A DNA stretch of 63,962 nt, the filler included, from Stramenopiles sp. TOSAG23-2 (lineage: Eukaryota), in assembly GCA_900128395.1 (NCBI GenBank). It is 5 parts of 5 records of this genome, joined end to end, with 100 filler letters (N's around TTAATTAATTAA, not from the genome) between each part and the next. Parts side by side here need not be neighbours in the genome. Positions count along the whole stretch, not along the records: positions 25,667 to 38,372 come from LT649838.1; positions 38,473 to 51,173 come from LT649839.1; 3 more parts are not named here. One strand, 5' to 3'. The notes under the pieces were generated by a model. That model worked only from the letters and a program-made list of their open reading frames with translations. It had not been told where the DNA came from and did no database searches. Below, piece by piece: positions 34,534 through 45,562 of the stretch. How positions within the stretch are numbered: the stretch's first letter is position 1; every line of letters begins with the position of its first letter. A program made the position numbers and the translations under genes.

Positions 34534-37515
34534 TTATACGGGCGCATTAGCATATTCATGGACACGTGGGTTTACTAATGCTTCGCCGTTTCGTTTGCTG
34601 CCACTCAAGCGTCTCATCAAGCGTCCACATAGTGAATCGTCGTTCTCCGAATCGTAGTCGGTTGCTTGCTTGAATTTTTCATTCCAACGTTGTTGCGCCA
34701 CCTCCATTCTGTTGTCCCATTGTTGTTGGAGCGAGGTCAAATTGTATTTGCAAATAACACGATATAGTTCCCACACCAATTTAAACCAAAAGATTTGCGC
34801 ATTCTGCTCCAATGTTGTCAATTTGCACATGTTCACAAATCTGTCTTCGTTAGCACCATTAGAGCCATCGTATTCCGCAAAGTGTTTGTATTCTTTCTCC
34901 CACGAAGGAGGATGGCTTGGATGCGAGGACATGCGGTCAATAACATAATCTGTAAATTCGAAAAGACTGGCTAACTTGCGAAGATTGCATTTGAAAGGCG
35001 TATAGCTTTTTTTCACAACGTTTCGAGACACGTGATTTTCTTTCATGCAAATCATCGCGATGTCTTCATTGATTTTATTCAAAATATCTCCAGAATGACA
35101 ATTACCTTCCGCTTTTAGATAATCGTATATTTTAATCAATAAAATCGCTGAGCCGTATCTTCCAGCATAATCGTATTCCAATTTACAATTCGCTCGAGCT
35201 GCAATTTTTAAATGCTCTGGAATTTCACCAGTGTAAACCATTGGGTCAACATTCCCAAACCATTTTTTTGGTAATACAATTTTACCTGTGCGCACGATGG
35301 TTTTCCATAATGTATCCATTTCGGTAATGGATTCTGAAACCCCAGGATTATTCCCTTTCCCTGTATTTGGCAATTGCAAGGTATTTGGTGGACGCACCGC
35401 ACATGTCATGGTTTTTAAAGGTAATTTCATCTCCTCACCATTAATAGTAAATCGAGCAGTCAATTGAGAAACCTTTTTGCTGTATACATCGTTCTTCCAA
35501 ACGTTGAGTGCTTTTAAGTCGTTTGGTAAAAGCTGTTCTGGATTGGTTAAGCATTTAATGACTGCATCATGTGGTGTATTTTCTGGTACAACAGGTGAAA
35601 TGAACACTCTTGAACCATACTTGTAGTTTGGCGTTACGAGCGGAAACAGATGAATCTTCGTGCAGGTATAATTGGAACGGCCTTTTTTTGCACCTTTTGT
35701 GATGGCTATTCGTGGTTCTGTGTTGTTGTATAAGACTCGATGTCCAGTACAGTGCTCATATGCATCCACTAAATCGCAGCAAAAAGCATGCAAACCTTCT
35801 TTCTCACCTGTTTCATGGCCATTGATGATAAAATTAAAATCCGTTTTTTTCTTTTGTTTTTTGTCATCATCCCGTCTCATTTTTGCCTCTTTTTTAATGA
35901 TGCGAAATCGATTTCCATGCATTACAACAATGGATAATCCATAGTCAAATTTGGGCAATCCTTCTGGATAACTAGCTACGCCTGCCGTATCACCATTTGG
36001 ATTAAACAATTGATAATCTTTTTGCGATTTTATATGAATTTGGATATTGTTCATTTTACGCATACTAAAACGACAAGAAAATTCGAGGGGAGTTTGCCAT
36101 TGTGTAAATGTATGGGCATAAGGTGTGTCTTTTAATTGCATCTTCACATGATGAATCATGTCATACACATCTTCCAATGTGTTGCCAAGCAAAGAAGGTG
36201 CTTTGTATCGTGTACCAGCATTCTCTGCTTCTTCGTGTGCTACTACTAAGGCGGCAAAATAAAACCGAACCCACCTTGCACCTTCGTTCGTTTGAACAAG
36301 GTATTTAATGAATTTTCTTGGTGTCGTACCATGCAAACCTTTCATATGGCCGTTCATCGAATACAAATAAATTAATTCTTTGTAAATGTTTCCAGATACC
36401 ATATTGTTGTGAAATGTGTCGGTATTTTTTCGAATTTCGGCGAAGTTTTTTTGAAATTTGTGCGCGTTTTTCACCTCCTGATGGAATTGGAAATCGGTTC
36501 TTTTGTCGATGAGGCTCCCCAACGTAATGACGTCAGGCACTTTTGTTTGCATAATAGCGTTTACAAAATCTTGCTGCATTTTTAAACGTTTGTTTGGTTT
36601 TGCATTCTTCTTCTTTTCGATAGTTGCCCCTTTTTTTATTTTTCTCAATCGCACGGCATCGTGGCAATGCTCAATTGCATTGTTTTTCGATTCGATATTG
36701 TAAAGGTAACATGCTGCTTTTAACCCATTGCCTATTTTACGCCCAGCAGTTGCTACCGATTCACCAGATAATGTGCCGTTGTTTATCATACAAAAATCTG
36801 TTTTAGGTGCAATGTTTTTCACCGTTTCCCATTGATTTGGAATATTCAACAATTTCGCACATTCTCTTGCTATGGATTCGTCATCATCTTTTTCTTCTTC
36901 TGTTTTAAATGCGGTTTTCAACTTGTGGAAGTAGCGAATGGTACGATTCAAGTGAATCAACGGCGCATCGTTGTTTCTCAAGGTTTCTTTGCGTGTGTTC
37001 ACAATAGACAAGATTTTGGATTTACAGCGCAAACCAGACCAAAACTTGGAGGATGTGTTGTCTTCTTTTGTATATATTAACCAGTCGATAAACGTATTTT
37101 GGTGTTTATCGTTTCTGGATAAATTATAGTTTTTCGATGCAGTAATTACTTCGGCGGCATAATCACAGTGTTTTATATGATCCAAGATGGAAATAAATTC
37201 ATCTATCGTATAAACGACAATACAACGAGTAGTGATGCCTTGATGTTTACATATCGCTTTGATTTCAGCATTCATTGCTTTGTGTGCAGGTGAATTATGT
37301 TTCATCTTTAACGTACGGGCTGCTTTGGTTATTAATGATTTTTCAAATTCCGTGTAATTGAAAGCCGATACCCAGATCTTGACATCTTTTACATAGTAAA
37401 CTGATTTGAGAGGCGAACCTTTTCTCGCGTCTACGATCTGAACGCTCTCGTATTGTGTCGTTTCTCTTTGCAAAGGTTCTTCGAAGACTTTTTGATTGCC
37501 AATGAAACCAAACAT
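34534..37515 (-). CDS. Large hypothetical protein (~993 aa), no recognised domain
   Basis: Uninterrupted ORF open from 37698; likely start acaaaacATG at 37515 (MFGFIGNQ). Globular-looking composition without the host's Asn-rich tracts. Confidence 0.8.
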   Translation of the reverse strand: MFGFIGNQKVFEEPLQRETTQYESVQIVDARKGSPLKSVYYVKDVKIWVSAFNYTEFEKSLITKAARTLKMKHNSPAHKAMNAEIKAICKHQGITTRCIVVYTIDEFISILDHIKHCDYAAEVITASKNYNLSRNDKHQNTFIDWLIYTKEDNTSSKFWSGLRCKSKILSIVNTRKETLRNNDAPLIHLNRTIRYFHKLKTAFKTEEEKDDDESIARECAKLLNIPNQWETVKNIAPKTDFCMINNGTLSGESVATAGRKIGNGLKAACYLYNIESKNNAIEHCHDAVRLRKIKKGATIEKKKNAKPNKRLKMQQDFVNAIMQTKVPDVITLGSLIDKRTDFQFHQEVKNAHKFQKNFAEIRKNTDTFHNNMVSGNIYKELIYLYSMNGHMKGLHGTTPRKFIKYLVQTNEGARWVRFYFAALVVAHEEAENAGTRYKAPSLLGNTLEDVYDMIHHVKMQLKDTPYAHTFTQWQTPLEFSCRFSMRKMNNIQIHIKSQKDYQLFNPNGDTAGVASYPEGLPKFDYGLSIVVMHGNRFRIIKKEAKMRRDDDKKQKKKTDFNFIINGHETGEKEGLHAFCCDLVDAYEHCTGHRVLYNNTEPRIAITKGAKKGRSNYTCTKIHLFPLVTPNYKYGSRVFISPVVPENTPHDAVIKCLTNPEQLLPNDLKALNVWKNDVYSKKVSQLTARFTINGEEMKLPLKTMTCAVRPPNTLQLPNTGKGNNPGVSESITEMDTLWKTIVRTGKIVLPKKWFGNVDPMVYTGEIPEHLKIAARANCKLEYDYAGRYGSAILLIKIYDYLKAEGNCHSGDILNKINEDIAMICMKENHVSRNVVKKSYTPFKCNLRKLASLFEFTDYVIDRMSSHPSHPPSWEKEYKHFAEYDGSNGANEDRFVNMCKLTTLEQNAQIFWFKLVWELYRVICKYNLTSLQQQWDNRMEVAQQRWNEKFKQATDYDSENDDSLCGRLMRRLSGSKRNGEALVNPRVHEYANAPV

Positions 37516-38372
37516 GTTTTGTGTTCTTGTTTCGTGTCTTGTCTCGTGTTGAGGGTTGTGGTGTATTGTTTTTTTATCTCTGTTGAAATATATGTATGTA
37601 CGGTTGTTGCATGCACGTGTTGGTTGTGTGCGTGTTGGCGTACATAATTTATTAATAGTGTTATTTTCATAGTATAAAATATCGTAAAAACAAGCCATAT
37701 TTTTTTTTTCTCGTTTATTTTCATAAATTGTATGTGCTGCTAGAATATTCTAATAAAATTCCAACATTTTTTTAGCACTACACAGGACCCACAAAAACGT
37801 GCATATTATTCCCATGCTAATTTACAAAATTGGTCCTTTTTCCAGATGGATTTTCTAATCGAGCGCTCGAGCTCTCCATTTTGCACGGATTTTGGGTGTT
37901 TTTAAGGATGTTGCCGGAAATAGTTGGGATAGTTCAATTTCGACGTTGGGACTTTCCGGTAAAGTTGAGCCTATGCTGTGTGCTGCTAATTCCAACTTTA
38001 CGGCGAACTTTGCGGCTTTTTTTATTTTGAATGGTCAAAAATGCCTTGTAATCCCATAGTGACTATTTTTCTCGGGATCGCAGGGAAAGTACATTGGGAA
38101 TAGGCCGGTTAGCTTGTGATTAGATTATATAATATGGTATATGCATCCGAAGTTTATAGCTTCCCTTAATATAATATTAAGGGCGGAGGAGGATCGATTT
38201 TGTAGATCTAAAAAAATTGCACCATCAGCTGATCGTCAGCTTCGTGCGGTATTAATAATAAATGTATGTCCCCTACATTAGTTGTTACGTCACAGGGTCC
38301 TCATTTTAAGGATTATTAACATAAAGTGGTTTAAATTGTTTCTAGTATAAATAATAATACTGTTAGAGTATT

Positions 38373-38472
38373 NNNNNNNNNNNNNNNNNNNNNNNNNNNN
38401 NNNNNNNNNNNNNNNNTTAATTAATTAANNNNNNNNNNNNNNNNNNNNNNNNNNNNNNNNNNNNNNNNNNNN
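38373..38472. other. Artificial contig linker
   Basis: 44 N + TTAATTAATTAA + 44 N. Confidence 0.98.
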
Positions 38473-38473
38473 G

Positions 38474-38551
38474 GAGAAAGATTACGAAGAAGTTGGTGCA
38501 GAAACAGCTGAAGGTGAAGGTGAAGAAGAAGACTATGGTGAAGAGTATTAA
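38474..38551 (+). CDS. TUBA: Alpha-tubulin, last 25 codons (partial; absent from the ORF track)
   Basis: Translates EKDYEEVGAETAEGEGEEEDYGEEY*, the alpha-tubulin C-terminal tail ending EEY. Confidence 0.95.
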   Translation, partial: EKDYEEVGAETAEGEGEEEDYGEEY

Positions 38552-39208
38552 GTTACATTATTTACCATTTCGAGAAATACCAAATACCGCAACAAAATAA
38601 GAATGATTATAATTATAACTTTTGATAAAGATGATGGCCGGAGAACAGCTTGCTGGCTTGTTTCTCTGTGCCTTTTTTGATGCCGTTGTGTGTGTGTCTG
38701 GTATGATATATCTCGTGTGTATGTTTTTCAATTTTTTTTTATACAATATAGAACAATGTAAAAGTTAGCGAATGAAAGTAGCTAGAAACAATTCCGTGTC
38801 TGATGATGTCCTGTCGTGTGTCGTGTTTAAAATTTTTTATACAATTTGATAAAATAGAATAATACATAAAATTCAACAAAAAAAGCTATCATGTGTATAT
38901 ATTTTAGATGTGCACTCTGATATCTGATAATACTCGATCCCCTCATTTTCATCTGCTAATCAGGCATTTTGAGCAAAATAGACATGAAAAAATGTGCAAA
39001 AACACTTTCCTGTACTCCAAAAAACATTGTAAAAACATTTCGCCGCCCAGTGTAAAACTGCTTCAAAACAATAAAATGGGAAGTCAGGAAAGTCCATTTG
39101 CACATTTTGAGATACATAATATATATATACTACAGTATCATATCAATAAGAGATCATTAATCTTCGCTTTGGTTCCGGTGTTCCGGTCGTCAAGTTTGTT
39201 CCAAGGTG

Positions 39209-39242
39209 GAGTTGACTAGAGAGGATCCTCTCTAGAGTTGAC
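39209..39242. mobile_element. 18-bp perfect palindrome flanked by an 8-bp direct repeat (possible hAT-type relic)
   Basis: GAGTTGAC-TAGAGAGGATCCTCTCTA-GAGTTGAC. Confidence 0.45.
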
Positions 39243-39566
39243 AACTTCGGTCTAAATAAATATGGAAAACACAATGGTATGTCTATGCTAAATTTAAAAT
39301 TGATGATGGAGGAAGAAGAAACAAACAACAAACAAGATTGAATAGATAATATATATTGAAGTGGAATATAAATTATTGTGATGTCAAGAATGTTGTATGT
39401 AGAGGTGAAAACAATATATATAGATATTAGATATAGATATATATATAATTTTCAAGTACTAATAATACATATTAATAATTTTTATTTTGAGAGAAAAACA
39501 ATATATATATATATATATATACACACACACGTACGTACGTACGTATACAAAAAGAAAGAAAGAAAA

Positions 39567-42500
39567 ATGTCGGAACAAGATATGTCGTTTATTGCGACGG
39601 ATAATTTATGTGGTCAAACTTTATTACGTTTAGTTGCACGTGGTTCATCTATTATGGCAGAATTATTTCGTCTATCACAAAATGTACCAACCGCATTTCG
39701 CGTCGTTTCAAGTGGAAAGGCGGCAAATGCTGATGCTGCTAGGTATGCCCCAATTTTGTTTGATTTTCGCTATTTAAAGACGCAAGAGATTTTTGAAAGG
39801 CAAGTTAATAAAAATGTTAATTTACAAACAATAGATGAAGAATTAAGTGAGACACTTGAAGATATTCTTGCAAGATTTTACAATTTTTTTGAAAGTATTT
39901 ATAAATATCGTACAGACCTTGTGAAATATTTCAACGATGTTCAAACTGGTTTTTATTTGCAACATTCTATCGAGTTAATTTTACTTGATAAAGATGGAAG
40001 GCAATTAGTATGCGAAGCAGTTTATTTAATGGCAGCTATGTTATTATTGTTAGATTTGCGTATTCCAGGACCAACGCGGGAGAAGTTAATTGTTGCATAT
40101 TATCGTTATCAAGGAGAATCGCGATTGACGAATTTCGATGAAGTTTGTCGGCTTAGCAAAAACACTGGGTTTTTACCTGGCGGAAAGATACCAAAAGGAT
40201 ACCCGGAAGATTATCTATCACGCTTGAAAATTGATGAAGAGTTAGTGGAAATGATCATAGCAAGGTTACAAGCGGAAGATATTTATTTGCAAACTAGAGC
40301 ATTTCCATCTCCACGCCATCGTAGTGTTGCCTTAGCAAATCAATCTGCCATGTTGTACACCATCTTGTACTTCACTCCAAGGATATTGCATAAAGATAAA
40401 CACAAAATGCGAGAGATTGTTGATCGTGCATTTAATGATAATTGGATGATTACAACGTATATGGGTGTAACGATTGATTTAAGCATCGAATGGGCACGCT
40501 ATAAAGCAGCAAAAGAAGCATTGGCAAATACGACTAGCTTGGAAAATATACAAAATGTTCAGCAATTAAATGCTAAAGATTTTGACTTGGCAGAAAAAGA
40601 TTTAGATCGTTATTTGATGGAAGGAGTTTTATTGGAAACATTTGTACTTGACAATATCAATCCATTGATGAATGCCTTGCGAAGGAGTAATGTTGCATTG
40701 CGCTGGTTACTACTTCATCGTAGGGTTGATCATCCATATACATCATATGTATATGTAGATTCGACACGGAGGAAATGGATAGATATCATCAAAACAAAAG
40801 GTGTATCAATCGAACGTGTAATTTCCATCTTATTTAAAACTGCGCAATTGGAATTTAAATTGAAAACGATGTTAAATTCTATTTTGGAATCAAAGGAAAA
40901 ACGATGGATGGATGCTAGGGAACAAGTTTCCGGGAGGATGGAAGAATTAGCGCAATATTTCACGGGACAAATGGCATTGACTCGCGTGAAGCAAGATGAC
41001 AATTTAAATGCTTGGTTTACAAAGTTAATGAACGATGTGAAAGCATTGGAATATGGGCAATCTCAACTTGCAGGAAACGTAGCTGGTCGTAAAATACAAA
41101 ACATTATCAGTGCATTGGAAGATGTTGAACGATTTGAAGAAATTGATACCTCTTTGCAAATTAAACAATTTCTATCAGAGACCAGAGATTTATTGACACA
41201 GATGGTAAGAATAGTGAATGTAACGACAACGGTTGCGGGAACTTTAGACACAGTGTCTGATTTTTCCTATGCATGGGAGTTAATGAATGATTATGTACCA
41301 CAGTTTCATGATCGAGTACGACGAGATCCACGTGCAGTTATTTTATTGCGTGCTGTATTTTTAAAATTGGTTTCTATTTTAGATGTGCCATTGACACGTA
41401 TTGTTGAAGCCAGTAGCCCGGATTATGAAAGTGTTGCTGATTATTACAGTGGGGAATTGGTAGAATTTGTTAGGCGTGTATTGGATGTAATACCACGTTC
41501 TATCTTTTCCAACTTATCGGAGATTATTCAAATATTGACAAATCGTATACAAACGTTGCCATTGAAATTGGAAACGGTACGTTTAAAAGCAGCATCGCAG
41601 CTTGATCATCGCTTTCAACTTGCACAACGTACGCATCAAATTAGTGTGTTTTCCGAAGGTATATTAGCTATGGAGGAAACTAAGCTTGGGATGATTGAAG
41701 TCGATTCTAGACAAATATTAGATGATGGTGTGAGAAAAGAGTTGGTCCGCCAAATATCTACGGTAATGCATTTAGGCATTCCATCCATTAATGATAAGAA
41801 TTTTAATAGTAGCAATATGGAACAATGGTTGCAACGTTTGAAACAATCGTTGGAGGGGTTCAAAAAAGCTGTTTTATATATACAAGATTACGTTAGCATA
41901 TATGGTTTGAAAATGTGGCAAGAGGAATTTTCTCGCATTGTAAATTTTAATATCGAGCAAGAATGCAATCGATTTATTACGAAAAAAATTGTTGTAGAAA
42001 AAAGTATATATTGGAAACGGGCAATACCAATTCCTATCTTTGCAGTAAATCCAACGAAGGGTGACACTTCTAAAAACTTTATGGGGCGATTGTTGATACA
42101 CTTAGAGAAAGTCACTAACTTTCGTAGTACAATATATGCCATTGAATGCAGTGGTTGGTATGATAAAGAAGGGACTGAAGTTGCTGGTAGTAAATTATTT
42201 TCATTATTAAATCATAGCGTTGGTGCCCAAGGATTAGCCGGGATAGACCGTTTATTATCGTTCAAGCTTGTACATGGTCTGAAAAATTTCTTTAAATCGG
42301 TTAAAGCAACGACAAATAAATATGCTGATTTTTTGCAACAATTCCGTGATACATTGAAACCACAACATAAAATTCCAGGTAAAAATGCACCGCAACTTTA
42401 CGTCTCCGCCACTTCAAAGTTGTCAAAGGTAGTGCCACAAATGTTGGAGTTGATTCAATCACTTGGTCAAGCCCAATTACTTCGACGATCGATTGCGAAT

Positions 42501-43115
42501 GAGCTTAAATTTAGTTCTCAATTAGATAGTAAATCATTATCACATGCATTAGATAATTTCAATAAAGCCTTAATGAATGATTTAGGCATTCATTATAAAA
42601 ATCCAGATGTAAACCCAGCTCCAAATGATACAAATCCATTGTTATTTGAATTTTCTAAATATTTAGCCTCAAGTGGTAAGCATGATCCGTTGAAAACTAT
42701 TTTTGTAACAACCGAGCCATTGTACAGTATACCAATCTTATTATTTGTATTGTCAGTTACGGCTTTACCACAAATGAAATACGATAAACATTTAGTTGCA
42801 TTAGCACGTAGGGATAAGAAAAAAGGAATTGATGGTGCTGCATTAATAGTTGGCGTTGCGACGATTTTAAAGCAATTCCACTCTGCATTTTTGATGGACT
42901 ACATGTCTTATATGGGTCAATTTATACGTGCAACAATGCATCATACATTAACACCATCTAAAAGTGGGAGGACTGCAACACTACCATATGAAGTGGCAAA
43001 TGCAATATTATTTTTAGAGCAATTAGTACAGTATGCAGGAATTGATCGTAGTATATTAAATAGTGTTATGCCAAATGCAACAGTTGATTTATTAAGATAT
43101 GCCAGAGGTGATTAA
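39567..43115 (+). CDS. WASHC5: Strumpellin, WASH complex subunit 5
   Basis: MSFIATDNLCGQTLLRLVARGSSIMAELFRLS, HRSVALANQSAMLY.ILYF, DFSYAW, LDDGVRKELV, IYGLKMWQEEFSRIVNFNIEQECN, LKQFH. Likely start at 39567; the upstream in-frame extension is low-complexity. Confidence 0.95.
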   Translation: MSEQDMSFIATDNLCGQTLLRLVARGSSIMAELFRLSQNVPTAFRVVSSGKAANADAARYAPILFDFRYLKTQEIFERQVNKNVNLQTIDEELSETLEDILARFYNFFESIYKYRTDLVKYFNDVQTGFYLQHSIELILLDKDGRQLVCEAVYLMAAMLLLLDLRIPGPTREKLIVAYYRYQGESRLTNFDEVCRLSKNTGFLPGGKIPKGYPEDYLSRLKIDEELVEMIIARLQAEDIYLQTRAFPSPRHRSVALANQSAMLYTILYFTPRILHKDKHKMREIVDRAFNDNWMITTYMGVTIDLSIEWARYKAAKEALANTTSLENIQNVQQLNAKDFDLAEKDLDRYLMEGVLLETFVLDNINPLMNALRRSNVALRWLLLHRRVDHPYTSYVYVDSTRRKWIDIIKTKGVSIERVISILFKTAQLEFKLKTMLNSILESKEKRWMDAREQVSGRMEELAQYFTGQMALTRVKQDDNLNAWFTKLMNDVKALEYGQSQLAGNVAGRKIQNIISALEDVERFEEIDTSLQIKQFLSETRDLLTQMVRIVNVTTTVAGTLDTVSDFSYAWELMNDYVPQFHDRVRRDPRAVILLRAVFLKLVSILDVPLTRIVEASSPDYESVADYYSGELVEFVRRVLDVIPRSIFSNLSEIIQILTNRIQTLPLKLETVRLKAASQLDHRFQLAQRTHQISVFSEGILAMEETKLGMIEVDSRQILDDGVRKELVRQISTVMHLGIPSINDKNFNSSNMEQWLQRLKQSLEGFKKAVLYIQDYVSIYGLKMWQEEFSRIVNFNIEQECNRFITKKIVVEKSIYWKRAIPIPIFAVNPTKGDTSKNFMGRLLIHLEKVTNFRSTIYAIECSGWYDKEGTEVAGSKLFSLLNHSVGAQGLAGIDRLLSFKLVHGLKNFFKSVKATTNKYADFLQQFRDTLKPQHKIPGKNAPQLYVSATSKLSKVVPQMLELIQSLGQAQLLRRSIANELKFSSQLDSKSLSHALDNFNKALMNDLGIHYKNPDVNPAPNDTNPLLFEFSKYLASSGKHDPLKTIFVTTEPLYSIPILLFVLSVTALPQMKYDKHLVALARRDKKKGIDGAALIVGVATILKQFHSAFLMDYMSYMGQFIRATMHHTLTPSKSGRTATLPYEVANAILFLEQLVQYAGIDRSILNSVMPNATVDLLRYARGD

Positions 43116-43475
43116 AAAATTTGTACACCGCGCAGTTTGTGTATATTACGAGACTCGTATGTGATGTTTTTTTATTTAAAAATAAATAATAAAAAATTTT
43201 GTATTATAAAAAAGAAAAATATGCATACGAGTACTTTTTATAAAATCAGAATATATGATATGGTTTTTATTATTTTTTAGATATTTACGGGAACAAAAAC
43301 GTTATTTTTTTACAATTTTATACGCTCGTACATGTATATTTTAAAAACACTATCTCATATTATATCATACGAAGTACGTGTATCATATACATAAATATAC
43401 GATATACACACGAGTATTTATTGCATTCTGTAATCACACAGAGACAAAAAAAGTCTTTTTCCTTTTACCCTTTCC

Positions 43476-44903
43476 TCATATTTTTGATTTTAATTTTTCT
43501 TTATCCTGGGCAGAAGATGTTGTAAATAAATATTTAGAAATATATATTGATGATAAATCAGCTAATTGCCAAAATAATTTACCTGCAATTCGTTCATTGC
43601 AAGCTGCAACTTTTGAAACTTCTAATATATGTTTCATCAACGCAGCAATTTTACCATTTATTATGAAATTATTAAAGCAAAGACTTCCATCAAATTCACC
43701 AAGGCTTACACAATATATATGAGGTACGTGGTTATTGTTTACAACACCTTCTGGATATGATAGTAATTTTTCATTATTTGATAAACGAACAATATTTTCA
43801 ACAACTAAATGTGCATTAATTTCGGCAGTATGGCCTAATTTGATATCATTTGATTTACTATGTATCATACAATCTCCCATACCAAATACATTTGATGTTT
43901 CTAGTGCTCTTAACTGGTCATCTACGATTAAACTATTACCTTTGAAATGTTTTGTTCCTAAATCTGTTTTCATAAATTCCGCTGTTGCTTTAAATCCCAT
44001 GCATTTGTATACCAGGTCGGCGTTTATTCTTTGGTCGTTTGACAAAGTGCATCCATTTTCATCAATTAAAAGCCCATTTGGAAAGGTCCCACCAATTGGC
44101 GTTCCTAAAATTAATTCACAATTGTGTTCAATAAGCCAAGAGGTCATATAATCAACACTAGCTTTTGGAAACGATGGACAAATCGTTTTAGCCATATCGG
44201 TTATGATGACATTTTTATTTGGAAATTGCGTTAATATTTCACCAGCAAGTTCTACACCAACTGGACCACCACCTATAATTAATATTGCCTTCGCTTTTTG
44301 TATTTTATTGTATTCGTTTTCTATTGTTTTTTTTCTGATTTGTAATGTTGTTTCATATTTTTGTGGCTTAATTGGTTGTTCATATGAGCTACCGCTTCCT
44401 ATCAATAAATAATCGTATGGTACATGTATAACTTCTTCAACATCATTACTTGTTCTTTTTGTGGCTCCTGTGGATTTGTCTATAAGTTTTACTGTTAGTT
44501 CACCAGTCGGTTCCCCGCGTTTAAAACCAATAACTTCACCAAATATGAATTTATTACGTTTTGATGGTATCTTACCTGTTAAACGTGTAATGTGCTTTGG
44601 GTTGACGAAACTTCTTAAAATTCCAGGTGTATATTCGAAATAATTCTTCATATCAATCACCGTCACATCAAATTCATCTCCATATTCACATATACTACGT
44701 TGTGCAGTTAAACCAGCAAATCCAGCACCGATAATAACAACTCGTTTCCTTTTTTTTGGCATTTTATTATTACGTAAATAATAAAATGGAACACCAAACA
44801 TAGCTTTTGTTATTTCTAATGCTTGGTCTAAAGTAAAAAAAGTCATTTCTAATAATGACAAGAATATTCTCCAAGCAGACGTCATAATTACATTTGTTGT
44901 CAT
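43476..44903 (-). CDS. AIFM2/FSP1-like FAD-dependent NAD(P)H oxidoreductase
   Basis: VVIIGAGFAG, PYDYLLIGSGS, IIGGGPVGVELAGEI, NVFGMGD; ends ...KLKSKI. Confidence 0.85.
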   Translation of the reverse strand: MTTNVIMTSAWRIFLSLLEMTFFTLDQALEITKAMFGVPFYYLRNNKMPKKRKRVVIIGAGFAGLTAQRSICEYGDEFDVTVIDMKNYFEYTPGILRSFVNPKHITRLTGKIPSKRNKFIFGEVIGFKRGEPTGELTVKLIDKSTGATKRTSNDVEEVIHVPYDYLLIGSGSSYEQPIKPQKYETTLQIRKKTIENEYNKIQKAKAILIIGGGPVGVELAGEILTQFPNKNVIITDMAKTICPSFPKASVDYMTSWLIEHNCELILGTPIGGTFPNGLLIDENGCTLSNDQRINADLVYKCMGFKATAEFMKTDLGTKHFKGNSLIVDDQLRALETSNVFGMGDCMIHSKSNDIKLGHTAEINAHLVVENIVRLSNNEKLLSYPEGVVNNNHVPHIYCVSLGEFDGSLCFNNFIINGKIAALMKHILEVSKVAACNERIAGKLFWQLADLSSIYISKYLFTTSSAQDKEKLKSKI

Positions 44904-45562
44904 TGTTGAAAATAATAATTAATTATATTTTTATTTGTTATTCGTCCAACAATTATATAATATTTCTTTTGACAATGACTTGTTACTTCATAAATAATTT
45001 ATATATATGTGTGTATGTGTATTGAACAAATATGTAGTATCTATTGATTTACTTTTGACTCTTTGCATCCTTATAAATAAATTTCCTACGTCGTGGATTG
45101 ATCGATGAATTAGAATGTTCGCGGGATGGAGAAATATATATTTTCTGTCGTCGGTCGTCGTATTTATTATTTTTTTTTATTAATTATTTGTGGCCAACTT
45201 CCCAATAACATGGACACACCATTGTCCCAGCGCGTAGCGAATTATTATACTTGGTACTATAGCTAGTCTATCGATAGGGTGCTGATAGAGCGTAATAAAA
45301 TCGGAAGGAACACAGGCACACATCACAGGAAAACAACAGTCTTTTTTTTGTAGTATAATAATATTTTTTTTTTGAAAACTCTACTAAATAATATTATACT
45401 ATTATTATTATACAATATATATATGCACAACATATTATCAGTCGTCTACCGTTAAAAGAACTTTTTCTTTTATTGTTTAATACAAAACAGAAAAGGTTGT
45501 TGTTGATTATCATGTACATGTAAGTATAAACGTTTTGAGAGAGAACGTAATATTTGTTAAAC

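Noticed and set aside
36640-36720. Endonuclease VII-like motif (CYLY...AIEHCH) in the orphan protein
   Set aside because: The first CxxC is incomplete and the downstream RGLLCxxCN part is absent.
30430-38372. Terminal inverted repeats around the foreign block
   Set aside because: Manual comparison of left and right flanks found no matching pair; the right end may lie beyond the contig.
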